From Gemmatimonadota bacterium (lineage in GTDB: Bacteria; Gemmatimonadota; Gemmatimonadetes; Palauibacterales; Palauibacteraceae), in the NCBI GenBank assembly GCA_963666735.1, contig OY762926.1, positions 3,483,324-3,547,323 on the forward strand: DNA of 64,000 nucleotides, written 5' to 3'. Below, piece after piece: positions 40,299 to 48,217 of the stretch. Under the pieces are notes generated by a model. It was not told where the DNA came from, searched no databases, and saw nothing but the letters and a program-made list of their open reading frames with translations. The position numbers and the translations under genes were made by a program. Position 1 is the stretch's first letter. Every line of letters begins with the position of its first letter.

Positions 40299-43121
40299 AT
40301 GCCATACGCATCGCGCACCTGCGTCCCCTCGATGATCGTGCTCGCGCTACTTGCGGCCGTCCTCACGCTGCCGGCGCCCGTCCATGCCCAGGACGGAGCG
40401 CGGGGTGAAGAGACGGAGGTCGTCATCAACGCCCCCGGGCACCCGTTGCTCCAGGGGTTCCGGTGGCGGTCCATCGGCCCGACGGGGCAGGGCGGGCGCG
40501 TCGACGATCTTGCGGTCCACCCCGCGGACCCGCGGACCTTCTACGTGGGCTTCGCGACCGGCGGTCTGTGGAAGACGACGAACAACGGGACAACGTTCGA
40601 ATCGATCTTCGACAGCTACGAGACGCACTCCATCGGCGCGCTCGCCCTCGCCCCCTCCGATCCCGATGTCCTCTACGTGGGTACGGGCGAGGCGAACAAC
40701 CGGCAAAGTTCGTCGTTCGGGTACGGCGTCTACAAGAGCACCGACGGCGGCGCCACGTTCGTGCATGCGGGACTCCGGGAGACGCAGAGCATCGCACGCG
40801 TCCTCGTTCACCCGACGAATCCGGATGTCGTGTGGGTGGCCGCGGTCGGCCATCTCTTCGGCCCCAACGCCGAGCGCGGCGTGTTCAAGTCGAGCGACGG
40901 AGGAGAGAGCTGGCGCCATGTGCTCGCGGTGGATGAGGACACCGGCGCGACGGATCTCGTCATGGATCCGTCGAATCCCGACGTCCTGTTCGCCTCCACG
41001 TACCAGCGCCGCCGCACCGTGTGCTGCTTCGTCGGCGGAGGGCCGGGGAGCGGCATCTGGCGGTCCGGGGACGGAGGTGAGAGCTGGTCGCCCGTCGAGG
41101 GAGACGGACTGCCGGCAGGCACGCTGGGCCGGATCGCCCTCGCCATGACGCCCGCCGATCCCGACGTCGTCTACGCCCAGATCGAAGTGGCCGCGGACCG
41201 GGAGCCGCCGCTCTCCGAGGAGGAGCAGAACGAGTGGCGCAGGCTCGCGAGAGTCGATTCGCTCCCGCCCGACCCGCAATGGTCCGGGGTCTGGCGATCG
41301 GCGGACAAGGGCCGCACGTGGGAGTTCCGGAGCAACGAGAACGGACGCCCCATGTACTTCAGCCAGATCCGCGTCTCCCCCGAGGATCCGGATCTCGTCT
41401 ATACGGTGGATCAGCGCGTGTCGAAGTCGCGCGACGGCGGCCGCACCTGGGAGGTGCTGAGCGGGTACGGCCACGTCGATCAGCACGCGCTCTGGATCGA
41501 TCCGGCCGACCACGACCACCTCGTCATCGGCAACGACGGGTCGGTCGACGTGAGTTGGGACCAGGGCGAGACCTGGGAATCGCTGCGCCCGTGGGCCGTC
41601 GGGCAGCCCTATCACGCCTCCGTGGACATGCGGCGCCCCTACTACGTGTGCACGGGCCTTCAGGACAACGGCAGCTGGTGCGGGCCGAGTTCCGTTCGCT
41701 CCGGGCCGATCCTCTCGCAGGACTGGTATCGGGTCGGCGGCGGGGACGGGTTCTACACGCAGGTGGACCCGACGGACCCGGCGATCGTGTTCGTCGAATC
41801 CCAGAACGGGCGTCTCCGGCGCGTGGATCTGCGCGAGGGCGTCTCGCGCCCCATCACCCCCCGGGTTCCGGATGAAGAGGATCCGGCAGACACGAACATC
41901 GCCCCGGCTCCGCCGTTTGACGCCGCGATCCGGTGGAACTGGAACACGCCGTTCCTCCTCTCCCCCCACAACCCGCGCATCCTGCATGCGGGCGGCAACC
42001 GGTTCTTCACGTCGCGCGACCGCGGAGAGACGTGGACGATGAGCCCGGACCTCACGAAGGACGTGGATCGGGACGCCGAGGTGCTGATGGGGGTGGTCAA
42101 CGGCATCCCGCGCTGCTCCCGGTTCGAGCGCGGGACGGAGTGCACCCTGTCGCGAAACGATGGCGTCTCGATGTGGGGCAGCATGACGTCCATCGCCGAG
42201 TCGCCCCTCGTCCCGGGCGTCTTCTGGGCAGGAACCGACGACGGCAACATCCAGGTGAGCCGCGACGGCGGGGCGGCCTGGACCGAGGTCAGCCGCAACC
42301 TCCCCGGGGGCACGACGCGCCACTACGTGTCCCGCGTGGAAGCCTCACACGTGGACGCCGCGACCGCCTACGTCTCGATCGACGGGCACAAGAACGACGA
42401 CCTGCGCCCCTACGTGTACGTGACGCGCAACTACGGCGCGACGTGGGAGGACATCACGTCGAACCTGCCCTCGTTCGGAAACGTGAACACGGTCCGTCAG
42501 GATCCGCGGAATCCCCGTCTGCTCTATGCCGGCACCGAGTTCGGCTTCTACGTCTCGTTCGATGAGGGGGGCAGCTGGCACGATTTCATGCCGGGCCTGC
42601 CCGTGGTCCGGATCGACGACGTGCTCGTCCACCCCCGCGAGAACGACCTCGTCCTCGCGACCCACGGCCGCAGCATCTATGTGCTCGACGATGTCACGGC
42701 CCTCCAGGCGCTGGCCGACAGCGTCCTGGCGAGCGACGCGCACCTCTTCGAGCCGCGTCCCGCCGTCCTCTGGAAGAACGATCTCCAGCGTCGCCGCTCC
42801 CTCACGGGCGACAGGAACTGGACGGGCGAGAGCGCCCCCGCGGGCACGATGATCCAGTACTACCTGGGCTCCGAGGGCGAGGTCTCGATCGAGGTCTCCG
42901 AACTCGCCAGCGGGAGAGTGGTGCGCGAACTCGATGGGACCGGCCGGCCGGGCCTGAACCGCGTGGCCTGGGATCTACGGACGAACCCCGGCCTCCAGGG
43001 TCAGGGCGGGGCCGGGCTGCCCGTGTCCCCGGGCACGTACCGCGTGACGCTGACGGTGGGGGAGGCCACGCACTCGGCGCTGCTCGAGGTGCTGGAAGAC
43101 CGCTGGCTGCAGGTGCCGTAA
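40299..43121 (+). CDS. Secreted BNR/Asp-box repeat protein (sortilin/VPS10- or Xgh74-like double propeller)
   Basis: Signal peptide followed by about 10 Asp-boxes (STDGGATF, SSDGGESW, SGDGGESW, SADKGRTW, SRDGGRTW, SWDQGETW, SRDRGETW, SRDGGAAW...). Confidence 0.8.
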   Translation: MPYASRTCVPSMIVLALLAAVLTLPAPVHAQDGARGEETEVVINAPGHPLLQGFRWRSIGPTGQGGRVDDLAVHPADPRTFYVGFATGGLWKTTNNGTTFESIFDSYETHSIGALALAPSDPDVLYVGTGEANNRQSSSFGYGVYKSTDGGATFVHAGLRETQSIARVLVHPTNPDVVWVAAVGHLFGPNAERGVFKSSDGGESWRHVLAVDEDTGATDLVMDPSNPDVLFASTYQRRRTVCCFVGGGPGSGIWRSGDGGESWSPVEGDGLPAGTLGRIALAMTPADPDVVYAQIEVAADREPPLSEEEQNEWRRLARVDSLPPDPQWSGVWRSADKGRTWEFRSNENGRPMYFSQIRVSPEDPDLVYTVDQRVSKSRDGGRTWEVLSGYGHVDQHALWIDPADHDHLVIGNDGSVDVSWDQGETWESLRPWAVGQPYHASVDMRRPYYVCTGLQDNGSWCGPSSVRSGPILSQDWYRVGGGDGFYTQVDPTDPAIVFVESQNGRLRRVDLREGVSRPITPRVPDEEDPADTNIAPAPPFDAAIRWNWNTPFLLSPHNPRILHAGGNRFFTSRDRGETWTMSPDLTKDVDRDAEVLMGVVNGIPRCSRFERGTECTLSRNDGVSMWGSMTSIAESPLVPGVFWAGTDDGNIQVSRDGGAAWTEVSRNLPGGTTRHYVSRVEASHVDAATAYVSIDGHKNDDLRPYVYVTRNYGATWEDITSNLPSFGNVNTVRQDPRNPRLLYAGTEFGFYVSFDEGGSWHDFMPGLPVVRIDDVLVHPRENDLVLATHGRSIYVLDDVTALQALADSVLASDAHLFEPRPAVLWKNDLQRRRSLTGDRNWTGESAPAGTMIQYYLGSEGEVSIEVSELASGRVVRELDGTGRPGLNRVAWDLRTNPGLQGQGGAGLPVSPGTYRVTLTVGEATHSALLEVLEDRWLQVP

Positions 43122-43161
43122 GATGGCGCCGTGAGATGGCGCGCCTGAGCCGCGAGGTTGG

Positions 43162-44412
43162 CTATCCGCCCGCCATCGAGTCGAGGAACTCCTGGTTCGT
43201 GTCCGTGCGCTGGAGCCGTTCGATCATGAACTGAATCGCCTCGGCGGGCGGCATGTCGGAGAGGAAGTTCCGCAGCAGGTACATCCGGTTGAGTTCGATT
43301 TCGTTCAGGAGGAGTTCCTCCTTGCGCGTGCTCGAGCGGTTGAGGTCGATCGCCGGGTAGATGCGCTTGTCGGAGATCTGGCGGTCCAGCAGAACTTCGC
43401 TGTTCCCCGTGCCCTTGAACTCCTCGAAGATGACCTCGTCCATCCGGCTGCCGGTTTCAATCAGAGCCGTCGCGATGATCGTGAGGCTGCCGCCCTCCTC
43501 GATGTTTCGCGCCGCGCCGAAGAAGCGCTTGGGCCTGTGAAGCGCGTTCGCGTCCACGCCGCCCGAGAGGATCTTGCCCGAGTGGGGGACCGTCGTGTTG
43601 TAGGCCCGCGCGAGGCGCGTGATCGAATCGAGCAGGATCACGACATCGTGCTGGTATTCGACCAGCCGCTTGGCCTTCTCGATCACCATCTCGGCCACCT
43701 GCGTGTGGCGGTCGGCCGGTTCATCGAAGGTGGATGAGATGATCTCGGCCGGCACGTTCTCCTCCATGTCCGTGACCTCTTCGGGCCGCTCGTCGATGAG
43801 GAGCACGATCACCTTCGCGTCCGGCTGATTCTCGACGATCGCGTTCGCGATCTTCTGCAGAAGGATCGTCTTGCCGGCCTTGGGCGGAGAGACGATGAGG
43901 CTCCGCTGCCCCTTCCCGATCGGCGCGATGAGGTCGAGAATCCGCATCGACACATCGCCGTCCTCCTGCTCGAGGACGAGCCGTTCCTCCGGATAGCGGG
44001 GCCGGAGGTTGTCGAACGCGATCCGGTGCTTCGCCTTGTCCGGGTCCACGCCGTTCAGCGTCTCCACCTTCAGCAGGGCGAGGTAGCGCTCTCCCTCCTT
44101 CGGCGGCCGCACGCGGCCCTGGATGGTGTCCCCCGTCCGCATGTCGAAGCGCTTGATCTGCGACGGGGAGACGTAGATGTCGTCCGGGCCGTACAGGTAG
44201 TTCCAATCCTGGCTCCGCAGAAAGCCGTAGCCCTCCGGCAGAATCTCGAGGACGCCCTCGCCCCGGAGGACGATGTCGGAATCGAGCAGATTCTGCTCGA
44301 TCCGAAAAATCAGGTCCTGTTTTCGGAGGCCCGAGAAGTTGTGGATGTCGAGTTCTTCGGCCATGTCATGAAGCTCGCCGATCGACTTCGACTTGAGTTC
44401 GGCGATGTCCAT
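43162..44412 (-). CDS. rho: Transcription termination factor Rho
   Basis: I start the gene at the ATG at 44412 ([23 protein letters not shown]). It has a Rho N-terminal domain, Walker A PPKAGKT, and C-terminal EFLDSM. Confidence 0.93.
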   Translation of the reverse strand: MDIAELKSKSIGELHDMAEELDIHNFSGLRKQDLIFRIEQNLLDSDIVLRGEGVLEILPEGYGFLRSQDWNYLYGPDDIYVSPSQIKRFDMRTGDTIQGRVRPPKEGERYLALLKVETLNGVDPDKAKHRIAFDNLRPRYPEERLVLEQEDGDVSMRILDLIAPIGKGQRSLIVSPPKAGKTILLQKIANAIVENQPDAKVIVLLIDERPEEVTDMEENVPAEIISSTFDEPADRHTQVAEMVIEKAKRLVEYQHDVVILLDSITRLARAYNTTVPHSGKILSGGVDANALHRPKRFFGAARNIEEGGSLTIIATALIETGSRMDEVIFEEFKGTGNSEVLLDRQISDKRIYPAIDLNRSSTRKEELLLNEIELNRMYLLRNFLSDMPPAEAIQFMIERLQRTDTNQEFLDSMAGG

Positions 44413-44572
44413 CGCCTGCCTCCGGAAGAGAGTGAACCGGGCTGCAGCCACGCCGCGCGCGGCATGGTCGTATCGTGAGGTGTCCTGCTTGCGGCCGGGG
44501 GATGTGGTCCGAGGTGGACCCACCGACCATAATGGTGCCGCCGGGCACGGTCAAGGTGACCGCGCCGCAACC

Positions 44573-44950
44573 ATGACCGCGACCTTCGAGCGCCGGATGG
44601 CCAGACACAATCGTGAAGGAAGGGGACTCGACCAGCTCGGCAATCTCTGGCGGATAAGCTATCAGCCCGACTGGTTCCGTCTGTTGAAGCTGTCGCTGCC
44701 GGTGCCCGGCGGGCGCCGCTCCTCCCGCACCCTGTGTCGCAATCCGGCACGTACGGCGGACGCGGAACCCGGCCGATCCGTGCGGACGCGGATCACGGCC
44801 GCGGACGGGTCCGTCGATGTGGCGGTTTCCATCGAAGACCGCGACCAGGTCGTCGACCACGTCATCATCGGGATTCGGCGAAAGCGCGGCAGAAAGACGG
44901 AATTACTCAAGTTCGCCGTCCACGGCGGGCTTCCGAAGCGGAGGATCTAG
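44573..44950 (+). CDS. Candidate hypothetical protein (about 125 aa, Arg-rich) in the rho-upstream region
   Basis: This is the only long frame in the 575-nt gap with strongly G/C-biased third positions (about 80% by eye). There is no recognisable motif, and the start could lie further upstream in the same ORF (44393). Confidence 0.3.
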   Translation: MTATFERRMARHNREGRGLDQLGNLWRISYQPDWFRLLKLSLPVPGGRRSSRTLCRNPARTADAEPGRSVRTRITAADGSVDVAVSIEDRDQVVDHVIIGIRRKRGRKTELLKFAVHGGLPKRRI

Positions 44951-44986
44951 CAGGGTGTTGCCACCGGCCGCCAGCCCGGCGCCGCC

Positions 44987-45979
44987 CTAGAAGACGCGGA
45001 TGCGTAGCCAGCGCGACGGGTTGTAGCCGAGATCTTCCGCCAACTCGGCGGCCGCGGTGCGCAGGGCGGCGAGTTGGCGGCGAATTTCTCCATCCACCAG
45101 AGCCCGGCCCGCGGTTCCTTCGCCGCGGTCCAGCCGCTCGGCGATCGCCGACAGCCGTGACATCACGGTGTCCAGCGCCTCGATCGTCGTTTCCACGTTA
45201 CGGCCGGCGCGCGCGAGTCGGGGCGCCTCCTCCCAGGCCGCGAACCGTTCCTGCACGCGTCGCGCGGCCGCGTTCACGAGCGTGTCCGTCGCGAGCCGAA
45301 CGAGCGAGGAGCGCCGAACGTCTCGCTGAAGCAGTTCCTCCAGCGACTCGAGACTGCCTCTCAGTTGGGCCAGCGTGCCCGGATCCTCGCGAAAGCGGGC
45401 GAGCGAGCCCTGGTCCGACCCGAGCACGTCCCGTGCCTCGGAAGCGTCGACTTCGAGCGTGCGCACCGCCTGCAAGAGCGTATCCGCCAGTGCCATGACC
45501 GTCTCCGGTTCGAGCGGCGGACCGGAAGCGCGCAGCGTGTCCGAGTAGTTCCAGGCGGGCGCGGAACCCGTACCCGGATTCACGGAGAGGACGACGGGCG
45601 CCACGAGATCCGAGGGTCGCACGTCGGCGGTGGCATCCGCCCGCAGGATGGGCCCGGCGACCCGGTCGATGACGGCGTCGATCACGACGTGGCTCTCAAA
45701 CGACCCATCGCCATCGTTACCGGCGTTCCCTTCGGGAGGCTGGAAGGAAATCGACAGCACGCGCCCCACCGGCCTCCCGGCCACCCAGACCGCGGAACCC
45801 GGCCCGAGTCCCTCCGCCGAATGGGCCAGCGCCGTGATTCGCGGGCCCTCGAGCATCGCGCGGACGATGACCTCGATGACGGAGATCGCGGTCGACAGGA
45901 CGATGGCCAAAGCGATCAGGACCAGGCCCCGTCGGGCCCGGGTGCGCGAGGCGTCAGAAGAGAAGTCCATCCGGGTCAT
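44987..45979 (-). CDS. MlaD/MCE-domain protein
   Basis: N-terminal TM anchor, then an MCE-like segment (GLGPGSAVWVAGRPVGRVLSISF) and a C-terminal helical region. Confidence 0.7.
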   Translation of the reverse strand: MTRMDFSSDASRTRARRGLVLIALAIVLSTAISVIEVIVRAMLEGPRITALAHSAEGLGPGSAVWVAGRPVGRVLSISFQPPEGNAGNDGDGSFESHVVIDAVIDRVAGPILRADATADVRPSDLVAPVVLSVNPGTGSAPAWNYSDTLRASGPPLEPETVMALADTLLQAVRTLEVDASEARDVLGSDQGSLARFREDPGTLAQLRGSLESLEELLQRDVRRSSLVRLATDTLVNAAARRVQERFAAWEEAPRLARAGRNVETTIEALDTVMSRLSAIAERLDRGEGTAGRALVDGEIRRQLAALRTAAAELAEDLGYNPSRWLRIRVF

Positions 45980-46114
45980 CCCTGAGCAGACTCCCTTGCG
46001 GTCGCGGCGTCAAGGCGGGATCGGCCAGCTCCGGCAGTGGGGGAGATGCTGTTTGGCGCCTCCTGTTCACACCGGAGATTCGCGTGTCTCGATGTGTCAG
46101 CCGCGCCCATTCAC

Positions 46115-46134
46115 CCATGAAAAACCATGAAAAA
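46115..46134. repeat. Tandem CCATGAAAAA x2 in the ssb leader
   Basis: Read directly. It lies immediately upstream of AGGAGAG and the ssb ATG at 46147. Confidence 0.6.
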
Positions 46135-46146
46135 AGGAGAGAAATC

Positions 46147-46521
46147 ATGTCGAGAACCGTGAACCGGGTCATCCTCGTCGGAAACGCCGGCAGCGACCCC
46201 GACGTGCGCGAGACCGCTTCCGGCACCGCCGTCGCGCACCTGTCGCTCGCCACCAACCGCGTGTTTCGGAAGAACGGGGAGACCCAGCGCCGCACCGACT
46301 GGCACCGGCTCACATTCTGGCGCCGCCAGGCGGAGACCGTCGGCGAGTACGTGCACAAGGGTTCACGCCTCTACGTCGAGGGGCACCTCGAGTACGGATC
46401 GTTCGAACGTGACGGAATCGCGATCCCCACCGTGGACGTGGTCGTGGAGGACATGGTGCTGCTGGATCCGCGGCCGGACACCGACGACATCGCCGCCGGC
46501 AGCGCCGAGCTCCCGCAGTAG
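46147..46521 (+). CDS. ssb: Single-stranded DNA-binding protein, short form without the canonical acidic tip
   Basis: OB-fold pattern NRVILVGNAGSDPDVRETASGTAVAHLSLATNR...TDWHRLTFWRRQAETVGEYVHKGSRLYVEGHLEY. The C-terminus ends ...DTDDIAAGSAELPQ. Confidence 0.85.
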   Translation: MSRTVNRVILVGNAGSDPDVRETASGTAVAHLSLATNRVFRKNGETQRRTDWHRLTFWRRQAETVGEYVHKGSRLYVEGHLEYGSFERDGIAIPTVDVVVEDMVLLDPRPDTDDIAAGSAELPQ

Positions 46522-46594
46522 ACTCTTGGGTCGCGCCGCATTCGGCGGACCGCCGGCGACGCTCGCCGGGGCACTGGAGACCCGCCCCAGGAAC

Positions 46595-47185
46595 GTGCAT
46601 CTTCCCGTGCGTGGGGCGGGTCCGTCGACCAGATCGAAGCGGAGGCATCCGATACAGACGCACGACCCGGGGTTTCTCACCCTGTCGAATCTGCTGTCCC
46701 TGAGCCGCATACCGCTCGGCCTGGCCTTCGTCGTGGTCTCGGACCCCGGAATGATGGCCGCGCTCGTGGCCACTGCCGGGGCAACGGATGTCCTCGATGG
46801 GTTCATTGCCCGTGTAAGCGGAACGCGCTCCCAGGTCGGACTCCTGCTCGACCCGCTCTGCGACAAGCTCTTCGTCCTGCTTGCGCTCTCCGGTTTCGTG
46901 GCGGCGGGCGGCCTCGACGGCCTGTCGTTCCTGATCCTGATCCTCCGGGATCTCTATACCGCGGGGTGCTATCTCCTGGCCCGGCTTGTCTCCATCATCA
47001 TCCCATTCAAGCCCCGGTGGCCGGGAAAAATCGCCACCGGCCTGCAGTTTCTTACGCTCCTCGCCCTCATTTTCAACCCTCGGTATGTTCCCGCACTCGT
47101 GTTGCTCGTCGGCGCGACGTCGGCCTGGGCGATCATCGATTACGGGACACACTGCCTCCGGCGGAAGTGGAAGAGCGCGACCTGA
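46595..47185 (+). CDS. CDP-alcohol phosphatidyltransferase (PgsA-like)
   Basis: Motif DVLDGFIARVSGTRSQVGLLLDPLCDKL, which fits D-x2-DG-x2-AR-x8-G-x3-D-x3-D. No ATG is available; GTG at 46595 or 46607 is the likely start. Confidence 0.78.
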   Translation: MHLPVRGAGPSTRSKRRHPIQTHDPGFLTLSNLLSLSRIPLGLAFVVVSDPGMMAALVATAGATDVLDGFIARVSGTRSQVGLLLDPLCDKLFVLLALSGFVAAGGLDGLSFLILILRDLYTAGCYLLARLVSIIIPFKPRWPGKIATGLQFLTLLALIFNPRYVPALVLLVGATSAWAIIDYGTHCLRRKWKSAT

Positions 47186-47209
47186 CCAGCTCCGGATGGC
47201 CTGAACGGC

Positions 47210-48217
47210 TTGGGCGTGGAAAAAGAAACAGTCGACATTACCATCATCGGGGGCGGCCCAACCGGTCTCTACGGACTCTTCTATGCCGGCATGCGCGGCG
47301 TGTCCGCCCGTGTCATCGATGCGCTCCCTGAGCTCGGCGGCCAGCTCACCGCTCTCTATCCGGAGAAGGATGTCTTCGATGTCGCCGGCTTCCCCCGCGT
47401 ACTCGCCAAGGACCTGGCGCGGGAACTCGTAACGCAGGGCCTGCAGTTCGACGCGGAGGTCTGCCTCGAGGAGCGCGTCCTGAAACTGAATCCCGAAGAT
47501 GGCCGCTTCGACCTGTGGACCGACGGGGGGGCGCGGCCCACTCGGACCGTCGTCATCGCCGGAGGGAAGGGCGCCTTCAAGAGCCGGACGCTGGCCGTGC
47601 CGGGATGGGATGAGTTCCTGAACCGGGGACTTACGACGCAAGTGAAGGACCCCGGATCGTTCCGCGGCAAGCGCGTCCTCCTGGTCGGCGGTGGCGACTC
47701 CGCCTTCGACTGGAGTTGGGCGCTGCGGGACACCGCCGGTGAACTCACGCATATCCACCGCTCGAACCGCTACCGGGCCCACGAGAGCACGGTGGCTCAG
47801 GTCGAGGGTGCGCATGCACGGGGCGAACTGCGGCTCCGCACCTTCTACACCGTGACGGAGATCCACGGCGGCGACCGGGTCGAGGCCGCGACGATCCGGC
47901 ACACGAAGACGAAGGAGACGACGCGCCTCGAAGTGGACGAGATCGTCGCCTTGATCGGGTTCGTGCCGAACATCGGGCCGATCGCCGAGTGGGGGCTCGA
48001 ACTCGAGAAGAACTGCATCGTGGTGGATTCGCGCATGCGGACGAACATCCCCGGCGTCTATGCGGCGGGAGACATCGCCACCTACGACGGGAAACTGGAG
48101 TTGATCTCGACCGGTTTCGGGGAAGCCGCGATCGCCGTGAACAACGCGGTTCACCACATCGATCCGACCGCGAAGGTGAACCCCGGCCACTCAACGAGTT
48201 ACAAGGTCTTCAAGTAG
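47210..48217 (+). CDS. Ferredoxin-NADP+ reductase, thioredoxin-reductase-like type (YumC type)
   Basis: IIGGGPTGLYGLFYAGMRG, LGGQLTALYPEK..DV.GFP, and GGGDSAFDW. TTG start. Confidence 0.82.
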   Translation: MGVEKETVDITIIGGGPTGLYGLFYAGMRGVSARVIDALPELGGQLTALYPEKDVFDVAGFPRVLAKDLARELVTQGLQFDAEVCLEERVLKLNPEDGRFDLWTDGGARPTRTVVIAGGKGAFKSRTLAVPGWDEFLNRGLTTQVKDPGSFRGKRVLLVGGGDSAFDWSWALRDTAGELTHIHRSNRYRAHESTVAQVEGAHARGELRLRTFYTVTEIHGGDRVEAATIRHTKTKETTRLEVDEIVALIGFVPNIGPIAEWGLELEKNCIVVDSRMRTNIPGVYAAGDIATYDGKLELISTGFGEAAIAVNNAVHHIDPTAKVNPGHSTSYKVFK

